DNA of 64,000 nt from the IMG/VR virus record IMGVR_UViG_3300020442_000009, positions 61,910 through 125,909 of that record; one strand, written 5' to 3'. Shown here in pieces: positions 26,317 to 36,167 of this stretch (its first letter is position 1; every line of letters starts with the position of its first letter). This stretch comes from a virus. Below the pieces are notes generated by a model that made no database searches, was not told the DNA's origin, and was given only the letters and a program-made list of their open reading frames with translations. The position numbers were made by a program, and so were the translations under genes.

Positions 26317-27256
26317 TATAGTAGGATTTCATCCAATCAATTGTCTTCTGTACTCCACTGTCTAAATCAATAGTATTTTGATGGTCTAAGTCTCTAATGG
26401 CTTTATCCACATTAACAAATTTATGTTTTGTTGTTAAGATTTCAGATTCTTCAATGTATTCAACTAATTTAGGATTTGCATTAGTATGTTTTAAAACTAA
26501 CTTAGCTAGTTCTTCTATCGTATGAGTTGTGTTGCTAGCTATATTATAGGATTCACCAGAAATAAAATTATTGGAAATGTTAGCTAGTGTTGTAGCTGTA
26601 TCGTATATGTAGGTACTTGTTCTGCTATGTCCCTTATATACTTTAATTGGTTTGGAGTGTAACAAATTGTAGCAAAAAACACAATTAACACTCCTAAATG
26701 GGTGAAACCATTCTCCGTCTCCATAAGTATTAAATATACGCACAAAAACACTTTCTGTATCATGCATAATTTGAGAGTTTTTTATTTGCATTTCATTAAC
26801 TCTTTTACTCATTGCATAATCATTCATTTGATGAATTGAAACTTTATCAATTACATCTTCATACATAATATCGCTATAGTCTCCATAAACTTCCGATGAA
26901 GAGATATGCACTAGTTTGAAATTTTTTTGTTCTTGTAGTCGAATAATGTTTTTTAAGCCTATCGCATTACTTTTCCAGACTTGTTCGTAGAAGTGTTCTC
27001 CGTTCCACCTACCAAATTCTGCGGCGCAATTATATACTAAATCTGGATTAACATAGTTTATAACTGTTTCGATCTGCCTATATTCACTGATATCGCATCT
27101 AAAGAAATCATCATTGGCGACAGAGCCTAAACCATGACCGTAATTTTTATCAGAATGAATTTTGTCTATTCCGAAAACTGAGTGACCTCTGCTTTTTAAT
27201 ATTTCTGAGAGTTTGCTACCTACAACTCCAAGTGATCCTGTTACTAATATTTTCAT
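26309..27256 (-). CDS. NAD-dependent nucleotide-sugar epimerase/dehydratase
   Basis: VTGSLGVVG, SSSEVYG, YAMSK, RIFNTYG. Confidence 0.9.
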   Translation of the reverse strand: MKILVTGSLGVVGSKLSEILKSRGHSVFGIDKIHSDKNYGHGLGSVANDDFFRCDISEYRQIETVINYVNPDLVYNCAAEFGRWNGEHFYEQVWKSNAIGLKNIIRLQEQKNFKLVHISSSEVYGDYSDIMYEDVIDKVSIHQMNDYAMSKRVNEMQIKNSQIMHDTESVFVRIFNTYGDGEWFHPFRSVNCVFCYNLLHSKPIKVYKGHSRTSTYIYDTATTLANISNNFISGESYNIASNTTHTIEELAKLVLKHTNANPKLVEYIEESEILTTKHKFVNVDKAIRDLDHQNTIDLDSGVQKTIDWMKSYYNV

Positions 27257-27885
27257 TATTGTGTGCCGTTTATTTCAGCGGTATCAAAACCTCCGCTAGT
27301 TAAAGATTTTTCGTGTTTTAAATATTTATAAAGAGGTAGGTTTAAATATTCAACATCAAAATGTTTGTCAAACCTATCTCGAAGCTCAACTTCTTCGCCA
27401 ACTCTTTGGGTTGAGTATCCGCCAACAAACTCCAAGCAATCTAGCCTGAATAATATTCCGCATGCTATTGGGTGTTGTTTTGCATTTTTTCTAGCAATAA
27501 TTTCTTCATTAAAATTGACTTCAATGTAATCACAAGCAATTGCATGAGACTTATTATAATGAGCATGACTGTAAAGGAATAATAAAAAGTTTTCATTAAT
27601 GTAGTCATCTGCATCAACTCTTACGACATATGGAGATCTGCACTCAGATAAGCCCCTATTACAGCTATGACCTAAACCTAAGTTTTCTTCATTAAAAATT
27701 ACTCTAATATTTTCTTTATTGTTCCAATAATTTAATTGAGAACAACTATTATCACTACTCTTGTCGTCAATTATTATAATCTCATACTCATCTTTTTTGA
27801 AGTTTTGATCTAAGCAGGATCTTATACAACGATTGATGTATCTAGCGTAGTTGTAATTAGTGATTAATATTGAAACTTTTTTCAT
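27256..27885 (-). CDS. Glycosyltransferase family 2
   Basis: VSILITNYN, IDDKSSD, NLGL, RVDADD. Confidence 0.9.
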   Translation of the reverse strand: MKKVSILITNYNYARYINRCIRSCLDQNFKKDEYEIIIIDDKSSDNSCSQLNYWNNKENIRVIFNEENLGLGHSCNRGLSECRSPYVVRVDADDYINENFLLFLYSHAHYNKSHAIACDYIEVNFNEEIIARKNAKQHPIACGILFRLDCLEFVGGYSTQRVGEEVELRDRFDKHFDVEYLNLPLYKYLKHEKSLTSGGFDTAEINGTQ

Positions 27886-28822
27886 TTAATATATAGTCAA
27901 TTATATTATCTGTTCCGTTAGGTGTGAGATTATCGTTGAGGAAAATATTACTATCTTCTTTATTAGGATTCTCGCTGGAAGAGTATGGTAAGATGTGACT
28001 TTTGTGTTGATTAAAATAATTTAATGTATAATTACAGTGAGAGTCTGAATAAAGTGCATATGTTTTGCAGCCCATAACTTTAGCTATAGTAATTAAGCTA
28101 GAAGGGAACCAGAAGTATGCATGGCTTATACTGTTAAATAAATCGTAAAAATTATCAGATGAAAAATCTTTATCTATTGATTCTAAGTTTCCTAGCTTCA
28201 TTGGACCTAGAACCTTTCCTTTAAACTTTACATGGTCATGTTTATCGCAAATAGTTTTTAATTTTTCCTCTATGCTAACAGACCAAGGTTTTGTTCCTTC
28301 TGCTTTGGTTCCAAAAATTACAGCACTGTTGGTTTTATTTGATTTAATTTCTCTACTAGCAAAATAATGGTCAATTCTTGGGCTACCAAGTGCCGGAACA
28401 GTTTCTGGTTTACAGCCAAATTTAATCATTAAATCTTTGCCCACATTACCCCAAGTTGGGTGAGAGATTGATCCCTGTAGGTTACCTCTGTAATGGCCAA
28501 CTCCATAGTAAAGCATGGGTGAGCCATGCTCTGTTGTAATGACGGGGATACCTTTTGATGAAAATTCTTTTGATAAATTTAATCCAGTACCCCACCAACA
28601 TTGATTTAATATTACTAATTTTGGTTGAGGTAAATCCCCTTTTCTTATCTTACTTAAGTTGTGTAGTCCTTGATGTCTCTTTGCCTCTTCTGATATACCG
28701 GGTCCTTGGTGGCTAAATTCAGCATCAAGATAGCAATTAATATTTTTTTCTTTTAGTTTAAGATATAGTGGATATAAATTCTCGAAAGAATAAATGTATG
28801 GATCTGAAAATAAATATATCAT
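27857..28822 (-). CDS. Putative GT-B protein, candidate nonulosonate (sialyl) transferase
   Basis: EHG, WG, GSPRID, PSS motif order as in CDP-glycerophosphotransferase/sialyltransferase-like GT-B proteins; same operon as neuAB. Confidence 0.45.
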   Translation of the reverse strand: MIYLFSDPYIYSFENLYPLYLKLKEKNINCYLDAEFSHQGPGISEEAKRHQGLHNLSKIRKGDLPQPKLVILNQCWWGTGLNLSKEFSSKGIPVITTEHGSPMLYYGVGHYRGNLQGSISHPTWGNVGKDLMIKFGCKPETVPALGSPRIDHYFASREIKSNKTNSAVIFGTKAEGTKPWSVSIEEKLKTICDKHDHVKFKGKVLGPMKLGNLESIDKDFSSDNFYDLFNSISHAYFWFPSSLITIAKVMGCKTYALYSDSHCNYTLNYFNQHKSHILPYSSSENPNKEDSNIFLNDNLTPNGTDNIIDYILNEKSFNINH

Positions 28823-29727
28823 GTATGGTCATGCCCGCATCCAGTTGTATCAAATCCAGATTCTTTTGTAAAGAAATCTTTTTTAGATACAGCTGAACTA
28901 AAATTTTCCCAATCTTTTTCAGGTCTAACTTTTAAGTTTAAATTCCAAGCGGACTTAAGTATTTCTGCGTCGACTCCAACACTATTCATTTTTACTATTA
29001 ATGAGTTGATATCTTTGGGGAAGCATGTGCCTCCGAAGCCGGGTTTTCCATCATGGCCCGGAACTTGATAATGGCTTACTCCAATGCGGCCATCAGATAA
29101 AGTTCCTTCAATAATTTTATCCCAATTTAAATCAAGTTTATCGCAGAGCAATTTGATTTGATTAAAATAACTAATTTTTACAGCAAAAAAACAATTAGCT
29201 GCATATTTTACAGTTTCTGATTCATCAGAGGACATTAATATGCAGGCAACTCCGGGGAACCTTTCTTTGTAAAGATCTACTAAAAAACTTGGTCTGCCGT
29301 CTAGGTTGGTAAACTTTGATGAATGGCCTACTATATTTCTAGATGGTGTTATAAAGTCTAATTTGGCTGTCCTAGCTGTTAAAAATTCAGGTGAATGTAC
29401 AATATTAAGTTCTGGATATTTTTCTTGAATTTTATTTGTAGTTCCAATTTCTACTGTAGATTTTATTACTAGTAAACTCTGCGTTTGTAGCTTAGATGCT
29501 TGAGTGAAAACATCTTCTATAATAGAAAGATCACATTTGCCTCCTTCGTTGATTAACATTGGTGTCGGAACACAAATGAAAACTATGTCTTGCTGTAAGA
29601 CGTGTTCAATTAAGTCTATTGACTTTGATTCATCTTTGTCGTAAATTTTAACATCCGTATAGTGTTTAAACCCTTCGGCTATTGCTGAGCCAACAAATCC
29701 ATTACCTATTATGCCTACGGTTTTCAT
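28819..29727 (-). CDS. ugd: UDP-glucose/GDP-mannose 6-dehydrogenase, short form
   Basis: GNGFVG, ICVPTP, IKST, SPEFL, KYAANCF, GFGGTCFPKD; lacks the C-terminal UDP-binding domain. Confidence 0.88.
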   Translation of the reverse strand: MKTVGIIGNGFVGSAIAEGFKHYTDVKIYDKDESKSIDLIEHVLQQDIVFICVPTPMLINEGGKCDLSIIEDVFTQASKLQTQSLLVIKSTVEIGTTNKIQEKYPELNIVHSPEFLTARTAKLDFITPSRNIVGHSSKFTNLDGRPSFLVDLYKERFPGVACILMSSDESETVKYAANCFFAVKISYFNQIKLLCDKLDLNWDKIIEGTLSDGRIGVSHYQVPGHDGKPGFGGTCFPKDINSLIVKMNSVGVDAEILKSAWNLNLKVRPEKDWENFSSAVSKKDFFTKESGFDTTGCGHDHT

Positions 29728-30344
29728 TGTATTTCTTCGTAGAGTTTATTTTGTTTTATTTGTTTTTTAAGTGTTTTCTCGTGAGTTAGTGCATACTCAG
29801 GAGTAGCTGGTAGTTGAGTTCCAGTATTTGCACCAATAATGCTTTCGTGGACTGGGTTTATCCACTTGATGTTGAAGTTGTTTTTAAAAATTCTGTACTG
29901 ATAGTCTGGCCAATTAATCCAACCCTGAGAATTTAAATTCCAGTTCCATTTTTCTACATGCTCATAATCTATGTCTTCTACAGTATTAATTCTTGGTACT
30001 AAAAATAATTCTATATCTAAATTAGATTCTATAATTTTATGTAAATTTTTAACAGTCTCTAGCGAAGGTACTTCATCTGCATCTATTTGAAATATATAAT
30101 CTCCACCACATAGCGATTTAAGGTTGTTTTTAAAAGATGCGAAATCATTATTTAAATTAAATTCATTTTTAGTTAAATTAAATTTTTCTATTACTTTTGT
30201 TACTTTTTTAGTATGATTTTCTTTATCTACTTGTACAACTATTTCATCTTGCTTTCTTTTATGTTCGCTTAGGAAGGTTAGGAGTTTATCTAATTCCTCG
30301 TGTTCGTTGCAGGCTGTGACAGCAAAAGAGATTTTGAAATTCAT
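29724..30344 (-). CDS. Glycosyltransferase family 2
   Basis: DFASFKN, FQIDADE, PRIN, WPDYQYRI, VHE. Confidence 0.88.
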   Translation of the reverse strand: MNFKISFAVTACNEHEELDKLLTFLSEHKRKQDEIVVQVDKENHTKKVTKVIEKFNLTKNEFNLNNDFASFKNNLKSLCGGDYIFQIDADEVPSLETVKNLHKIIESNLDIELFLVPRINTVEDIDYEHVEKWNWNLNSQGWINWPDYQYRIFKNNFNIKWINPVHESIIGANTGTQLPATPEYALTHEKTLKKQIKQNKLYEEIQ

Positions 30345-30350
30345 AATTAA

Positions 30351-31190
30351 CTATACTAAATTAAAGTTTCCTGTTTTCCATAGAAATCTATTCCAAGGAT
30401 TTGATAAAAGTTTTTTTTGTTTTTCTACAACTAAATTCTCATAATCCCATTGTGATTGATTTACTGTAACCGATGGTTGGATGCTTGGTATTAAGAATAT
30501 TTTTCCATATTTTACAAGTGAGTCACATAACGAAAAATGTTCAGACTCCCCCTTTGAGTTCCACTTACAATTAAAAAGATGTTTGGATTTTAAAAATGCG
30601 AATCCACCAAACGCTCTAGAAACTTCTATTGGTTGTTGTGATTCAAATTTTTCCCTATCTTCTTCTTCGTAAAACGGATTATCACTCCAAGTCATACAGT
30701 TAATTCCGTTTGTGTCAAATAATATTGAGCTATCGTAGTAGGAAGTGTCGCAACCACTACCCATTTTGCAGGGAACATTCTGCCTTATATTTGGAGTAAG
30801 CATTGAGAAATCTAGATCTTTGAATTTTAAAAAATCATTTACTATCTCAGGGTAAAAAACTACATCACTATCGAGTATAATTGAAAAATCTGAGTCTGAA
30901 TTTGAACCTAAGTCTAACATCTTGTTTCTGATGTTGGACATATGTATCATTCTTTCTGTATGTAATGTAGATCCAAACTTCTCAGCATTGAGCATTTCAG
31001 ATTGTATTTTAATTTTTCTACCCTTAGACCATTGATTTAAAATTTCTACAGTTTTATCTTTTGAATCGTTTTCATAAAAAAAATATTCAAACTCAGATTT
31101 AGTACATTTCTCAACTGAATCCAGCATGGATAGTGTGTCTTTTATTGTTTTTTCTGAATCCCTAAATAAACTAAATATGGATATTTTCAT
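30351..31190 (-). CDS. GT-A glycosyltransferase (CAP59/GT69- or Anp1-like)
   Basis: YENDSKD, IRN, LDSD, YYD, AFGG, SEH. Confidence 0.65.
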   Translation of the reverse strand: MKISIFSLFRDSEKTIKDTLSMLDSVEKCTKSEFEYFFYENDSKDKTVEILNQWSKGRKIKIQSEMLNAEKFGSTLHTERMIHMSNIRNKMLDLGSNSDSDFSIILDSDVVFYPEIVNDFLKFKDLDFSMLTPNIRQNVPCKMGSGCDTSYYDSSILFDTNGINCMTWSDNPFYEEEDREKFESQQPIEVSRAFGGFAFLKSKHLFNCKWNSKGESEHFSLCDSLVKYGKIFLIPSIQPSVTVNQSQWDYENLVVEKQKKLLSNPWNRFLWKTGNFNLV

Positions 31191-31326
31191 TTTTTTCTTG
31201 ATTTTTTTTTAACTAATGTTATAATAATATTTCAATTGACTATATATAGACAAATTATAATTAAATTATATAAATATATAACCAATATAAAATACGAAGT
31301 ATTTTGTTTTCACAATAAAAACATTC

Positions 31327-31355
31327 TTGACATTTAAACCGAAATGTGGCATAAT
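31327..31355 (+). promoter_or_regulatory. sigma70-type promoter, leaderless, heading the replication block
   Basis: TTGACA-17 nt-CATAAT with TG extension, 6 nt before ATG 31362. Confidence 0.75.
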
Positions 31356-31361
31356 GGACGG

Positions 31362-31676
31362 ATGAATAAAAAATCGCAAATTAAAAATTTCAAAGTTTCT
31401 TGCTCTGGTTGGGAGATAGATGTTGATTCAGACTCTTTTGAGTCTGCAGCCTTATCTGGTTTAATCATTGCTTTTAAAAAATTTAATTCTAATTTACTAC
31501 TTTCAACTACAATAATGGTATCAGATGTAAAATTTTCAACAAAAAATCTAATAGATAGTTCCGAGTTTTTCTCTACTGAAAAAATGCTTAGAAAACTAGG
31601 TCTTGATTACCTGTCTGAAGGTTTATCTATTATATCAAGGGCTAAACTAGAAAAGGAGCTTTCAGTTGCATCTTAA
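31362..31676 (+). CDS. Hypothetical protein
   Basis: ORF directly after the promoter; start revised from 31344 to 31362. Confidence 0.7.
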   Translation: MNKKSQIKNFKVSCSGWEIDVDSDSFESAALSGLIIAFKKFNSNLLLSTTIMVSDVKFSTKNLIDSSEFFSTEKMLRKLGLDYLSEGLSIISRAKLEKELSVAS

Positions 31677-32193
31677 AGTTTTAGATAATCAAGGCATTAT
31701 TCATCAGCCAGCTAATGGCTCTGATGACGTTGGTTACGATATAGTTGCTCAGGATTACCCTGAAATAGTTGGTAATATATATCAAGGACCTTATTATTCT
31801 TTTATATCTCACTTAGTTTACAAAACTGAAATATATTTAGAACCTGATAGTGATTACTACATGCTTCTTTATCCTAGATCTAGCATAATTAAAACAAATT
31901 TAGTTTTAGCAAATTCTGTAGGAGTAATTGATCCCGGATACAGGGGAGAAATTAAGGTATGCTTTAAATATATATCCCAACCTGAAGATCAAAAAATAGT
32001 AGAAGGTAAAACTGTAGCAGGGGTGAAGGCAAAAGGCATAGTTACATCTATAAATCCACAAAGAATATATCACGAAGGAGATAAGATAGCTCAATTAGTA
32101 CCTACTAAAATAAACCCTTTAACAATAAAAAAAGTAAATCAACTTTCGGAAACTAAAAGGTCTGATGGAGGATTTGGTAGCACTGGAAAATAA
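31666..32193 (+). CDS. dut: Trimeric dUTPase
   Basis: GYDI, PRSS, NSVGVIDPGYRGEI, KIAQL, RSDGGFGSTG. Confidence 0.93.
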   Translation: MHLKVLDNQGIIHQPANGSDDVGYDIVAQDYPEIVGNIYQGPYYSFISHLVYKTEIYLEPDSDYYMLLYPRSSIIKTNLVLANSVGVIDPGYRGEIKVCFKYISQPEDQKIVEGKTVAGVKAKGIVTSINPQRIYHEGDKIAQLVPTKINPLTIKKVNQLSETKRSDGGFGSTGK

Positions 32194-32798
32194 TGGAATA
32201 CTCAAAATTAACAGATGAAGAATTAGTAAAAAATATTCAGCAATCTATAAATGCTCAAGATTCTCTCAGAGAACTAGTCAATAGACACTCAGGGATATAT
32301 CTAGATATGATTAATGGATATGTATCTACATTCAATAATAAATCAACTAAAGATGAAATGATAAAAGAAAAAGAATATCAAATATATTCTTCTGCACTTA
32401 AATTTAATCCAGACAAAGGAGCTAAGTTTAGTACATACCTAGGAAATGAAACTAAGTGGAAATGTTTAAATATGTATAATAAAAACAAAAGACATCCATC
32501 TGTTCCTATTCAAGAAGAATTGATAGATTTTTTTAATTATAAATTCATAGAAGAACATCAAGCTGGCTCTCCGGCAGAGTTTAAAAATGAAATTTTTGTA
32601 AATATAATGAAGCAAGCAAACAGTCACCCCGACTCAAGAGTTGGTAAGATTTTTAATCTTAGATATGTCGAGGGTAAAGATAATGGTGTCATGCCTTGGA
32701 AAAATGTAAGCTCTAAATTAAAATTAAGTATTCAAGGATGTATCAATATACATAACTCAGCAATAAAACAATTTAAACAATCATTTAATAAAGAATAA
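32193..32798 (+). CDS. Phage-encoded sigma70-family RNA polymerase sigma factor
   Basis: LTDEELV, LVNRH, region-2-like KFNPDKGAKFSTYL, region-4-like IFNLRY..MPWKNVSSKLKLSIQGCINIHNSAI. Confidence 0.8.
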   Translation: MEYSKLTDEELVKNIQQSINAQDSLRELVNRHSGIYLDMINGYVSTFNNKSTKDEMIKEKEYQIYSSALKFNPDKGAKFSTYLGNETKWKCLNMYNKNKRHPSVPIQEELIDFFNYKFIEEHQAGSPAEFKNEIFVNIMKQANSHPDSRVGKIFNLRYVEGKDNGVMPWKNVSSKLKLSIQGCINIHNSAIKQFKQSFNKE

Positions 32799-32805
32799 AT
32801 AAATT

Positions 32806-33222
32806 ATGAATAAGTATATAGCATTAGGAAATCTTACAAAAGATCCAGAAACTAAAGAAGTTGGTGAATATAAAGTCACTACATTTGGCCTTGCGGTCAA
32901 TGATATTGTTTACAAGAATAAGGAGAAGCAACAGCTTGTTACTTATATTGATATTGAAACTTGGGGGAAACAGGCAGAAAATTGTGCCAAATACCTTGCA
33001 AAAGGCAAAAAGGTTTTGATTGAAGGTAAGTTAAGGTTGAATAGTTGGGAGAAAAATGGAGAAAAAAGAAGTAAAGTTTATTGCATTGGTGATAAGGTTA
33101 CTTTCTTAAACCAAGAACAGGGCTCTGATTCTCCAAAGTCTGCACCAAAAAAAGTAGAGTCACCAAAAGAAAATGTTGAAAATTCTGAAGATGATGATAT
33201 CATTGATGATATACCATTTTAA
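32806..33222 (+). CDS. ssb: Single-stranded DNA-binding protein
   Basis: MNK..LGNLTKDPE, WGKQAE..YLAKGKKVLIEGKL, acidic DDIPF tail. Confidence 0.95.
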   Translation: MNKYIALGNLTKDPETKEVGEYKVTTFGLAVNDIVYKNKEKQQLVTYIDIETWGKQAENCAKYLAKGKKVLIEGKLRLNSWEKNGEKRSKVYCIGDKVTFLNQEQGSDSPKSAPKKVESPKENVENSEDDDIIDDIPF

Positions 33223-33224
33223 TT

Positions 33225-34310
33225 ATGCAAGATATTGTTTTCAAAGGTCCACTAAATTCTCTAAGTTTCGGTAATGTCACCTATAATTTCCTAAGGGAAA
33301 TGTATAGGAAGCAAATGAATGTAGCAATATTCCCTATAGGGGATGACATAAAGCTAGATGCATTTGATAAAATTGATGAAAACTTTAAGAAGTGGATGGT
33401 GGAAAGAGTTCAAAATAGATTTCACCTAGTTAAAAAAGATATACCTACACTAACCATGTGGCATTTAAATGGATCTGAGCAAAGAATTACCCCAGATCAA
33501 TATCTTTATACTTTCTATGAAACGAATGAACCAACTCTAGTTGAAAAATCCATCTGCGATCTTCAAAACAAAACTATTTTTAGCACAAATCATGCATCTG
33601 ATGCATTTAAAAAAGCTGGCTGCAATAACACTACCTCAATTCCAATTGGTTTTGATGAAGATTTTGAGCAAACAGGCAAAACATATCTTCCAAACAAAAT
33701 CCACTTTGGTCTCATGGGTAAATTTGAGAAGAGAAAAAATACCGCAAACATTATAAAAGCTTGGATCAAGAAATACGGTAATGATTATAATTATCAATTA
33801 TCTTGCTGCATTACTAATCCTTTCTTCAAGCCCGAACAGATGAATCAAGTTATATCTCAAATTTTTGAGGGTAAAACTTACGGTAATGTAAATTTCATTC
33901 CATATTTAAAAACTAATTCAGAAGTCAATGAATTTATGAATGCGGTTGACATAGACCTTACTGGTTTAAGTGGAGCAGAGGGGTGGAACTTGCCAGCATT
34001 TAATGCAACCTGTTTGGGCAAATGGAGTATTGTTATGAATCACACTTCCCATAAAGAGTGGGCAACTAAAGATAACTGTATATTAATTGAGCCTGACAGA
34101 CCTGAACCTATATACGATGGAGTCTTTTTTCATCAAGGGCAAGCATTTAATCAAGGTAGTATGTATATTATTTCTGAAGAAAAAATGATAGATGCATTTG
34201 AAAAGGCTGAAAAAATGTCAGGAAAACCTAATAAAAAAGGTGTAAATTTAATTAAGAAATTTAATTATAAAAACTCATTAAACAAAATATTGGAAACTAT
34301 CTATGAATAA
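33225..34310 (+). CDS. GT-B glycosyltransferase (GT4-like)
   Basis: FYET, MGKFEKRKN, SGAEGWNLPAFNATCLG. Confidence 0.85.
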   Translation: MQDIVFKGPLNSLSFGNVTYNFLREMYRKQMNVAIFPIGDDIKLDAFDKIDENFKKWMVERVQNRFHLVKKDIPTLTMWHLNGSEQRITPDQYLYTFYETNEPTLVEKSICDLQNKTIFSTNHASDAFKKAGCNNTTSIPIGFDEDFEQTGKTYLPNKIHFGLMGKFEKRKNTANIIKAWIKKYGNDYNYQLSCCITNPFFKPEQMNQVISQIFEGKTYGNVNFIPYLKTNSEVNEFMNAVDIDLTGLSGAEGWNLPAFNATCLGKWSIVMNHTSHKEWATKDNCILIEPDRPEPIYDGVFFHQGQAFNQGSMYIISEEKMIDAFEKAEKMSGKPNKKGVNLIKKFNYKNSLNKILETIYE

Positions 34311-34560
34311 TTATCATGTAAGAATGGAAGAAGGAAAAGCATTCCTTTGTTGTGGAAAAGCTGGCTGCCCTAGTGTATCTAAGGATGATGAGGGACTCGT
34401 TGTTATTACCGATGACTACGGTAGCACTGTAAAGATGAAAGAAGAAGAAGCAGAGTTAATTCATCATGCATTAGCTCATGTAAATGATAATCTTGAGGGT
34501 GAAACATCCTGTGAACCGAGACCAGAAAAATTTGGAATCGAACCAGCTAGCACAGAATAA
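34303..34560 (+). CDS. Small Cys-containing protein (DUF397-like fold suspected)
   Basis: LCCGKAGCPSV...VVITDDYGSTVKM. Confidence 0.65.
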   Translation: MNNYHVRMEEGKAFLCCGKAGCPSVSKDDEGLVVITDDYGSTVKMKEEEAELIHHALAHVNDNLEGETSCEPRPEKFGIEPASTE

Positions 34561-34750
34561 TCAGAGTCAAGAATTATCTGTAGTCGGTAGGGCTTGGTGT
34601 TGTAATCCACCAACAAATCCTTGCTGTCCAGAAATGAATTTACTTTCTGATGATACTATTGTAATTAAAGACGATTATGGAGACTCTATAAAACTAGATA
34701 GGGATTCCATAAAAGATGTTATTAGCAAGGTTTCCAAAATATTACAATGA
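34484..34750 (+). CDS. Paralog of the preceding small Cys-containing protein (start uncertain)
   Basis: WCCNPPTNPCCPEM...IVIKDDYGDSIKL mirrors the upstream ORF. Confidence 0.6.
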   Translation: MIILRVKHPVNRDQKNLESNQLAQNNQSQELSVVGRAWCCNPPTNPCCPEMNLLSDDTIVIKDDYGDSIKLDRDSIKDVISKVSKILQ

Positions 34751-35052
34751 ACCTACTGGCCTGTATAGGCTTAGTATGGATAGTAAAAGATAGCTACATA
34801 CTCCAAAAGCCAAGAAATTACTTAAAGTCTAAAGCAAACTGGCTAAAAAAACTTTTATCATGTTCAATGTGTCTAGGTTTTTGGGTTGGTGTTCTACTTT
34901 CTCTTTTTCAGTTTCATGTCTTAAGAGATGATAGTAATATATATTACTATCCATTAGCCTCCTCTGCATTTTGTTTTTTTACTGATGTATTAATGGACAT
35001 GATGCAAGAAGTTTGGGTTAAACTTAAAACAGAAAGAGAAAAAAGTGAATAA
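34747..35052 (+). CDS. Small membrane protein, DUF1360-like
   Basis: LLSCSMCLGFWVG CxxC motif within hydrophobic helices. Confidence 0.65.
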   Translation: MNLLACIGLVWIVKDSYILQKPRNYLKSKANWLKKLLSCSMCLGFWVGVLLSLFQFHVLRDDSNIYYYPLASSAFCFFTDVLMDMMQEVWVKLKTEREKSE

Positions 35053-35701
35053 TTACATTGTAGATTTTTCAGATAAAATAGAAATAGATCGCATAAACTC
35101 AATGGGCTTTGGTCCCATGTCAGAAAAACTTGAAAAAAGATCTAAAGATAACTCTACCCTACTTTCGGTAGATGAAATAAAAGAGATTCCTTTCCCAGAA
35201 AATGCAAGTGAAGAAGTTTTCTCAGAGCTGAATACAATCAGGTTAGTTCAATCAACAGTACCAAGCTGGCACAAAGGAGACTATAAAGAAAAAATAGATA
35301 AAAACTTCTTATCTATATATACAGATTATTTAGACGAGGTTAATTTAGATTACAATATAGAATACATAGATGATGTATTAAAAGACATAAACCCTTTGAT
35401 TTTAAAAATTAAAAAGAAATACAACAGACCTAGACCAGCTCAATTAGCAGAATTTCACGGAATAGATTTAATACTAGACCCTACTTCTACAGCAAAAACA
35501 CCAGCGTATCCCAGTGGCCATTCATTTCAAGCTAAAGTTATAGAAATCATACTAACAAAAGAACACCCGTCTCATAAAAATATATTCAAACAAATTACAG
35601 ATAGGGTTAGTTTGGCTAGAATATTAAGAGGTCTTCACTTTCCTAGCGATATAGAGTTTTCTTATCACATCGTTAATACTTATTTAAGTAAAAAAATTTA
35701 A
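35045..35701 (+). CDS. PAP2/haloperoxidase-superfamily phosphatase
   Basis: KKKYNRPRP, PAYPSGHS, RILRGLHFPSD. Confidence 0.88.
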   Translation: MNNYIVDFSDKIEIDRINSMGFGPMSEKLEKRSKDNSTLLSVDEIKEIPFPENASEEVFSELNTIRLVQSTVPSWHKGDYKEKIDKNFLSIYTDYLDEVNLDYNIEYIDDVLKDINPLILKIKKKYNRPRPAQLAEFHGIDLILDPTSTAKTPAYPSGHSFQAKVIEIILTKEHPSHKNIFKQITDRVSLARILRGLHFPSDIEFSYHIVNTYLSKKI

Positions 35702-35741
35702 TTTTTTATAGAAAAATTAGTTTCTAAAAGTATCATTTGGT

Positions 35742-36167
35742 ATGAATCTATCAATTGATAAACGTTACAGCTCATTGTCATTAGGTATTCTTTTACATCT
35801 CATACATAACAATGAGGATTTTAAAAATAAGTGGATAGAAAAGTATCCAAATACAAAACAGTACGCAGAGAATTTTTTCAAAGATGAAAACTGTGGCTGC
35901 AGACCTAGAATTATTCAGCAATATAAAGCCGACAGGTTTGATGCTGACATCTTTATTGTTAATTACATTAACGAAAATGAAGGTGTCATAGACTGGAATG
36001 AAATGGAGTCAAAAGCTGAAAGAGATATCTCTGGTCATGTTTTTTCAATACCTGCAACAGAATCTCACTATCAAGATTTTTTATCTTCCTTGCATCAAAA
36101 AAATGCTACATATGAACATTTTACTAGTTTAGTTTTAAAAGATAAAATAATTTTAACTTTTTTCTAA
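35742..36167 (+). CDS. Hypothetical protein
   Basis: 141 aa with NCGCR; a TATCAT -10-like box lies 5 nt upstream of the ATG. Confidence 0.7.
   Translation: MNLSIDKRYSSLSLGILLHLIHNNEDFKNKWIEKYPNTKQYAENFFKDENCGCRPRIIQQYKADRFDADIFIVNYINENEGVIDWNEMESKAERDISGHVFSIPATESHYQDFLSSLHQKNATYEHFTSLVLKDKIILTFF

Noticed and set aside
19266-31190. Ordinary bacterial capsule/O-antigen locus
   Set aside because: No wzx/wzy/wzz, ABC transporter or initiating phosphoglycosyl transferase seen, and the flanks are phage-type genes; host-surface modification is still not excluded.
31191-31326. AT-rich divergent intergenic region as a replication origin
   Set aside because: No iterons or DnaA boxes visible; divergent promoter elements explain the composition.
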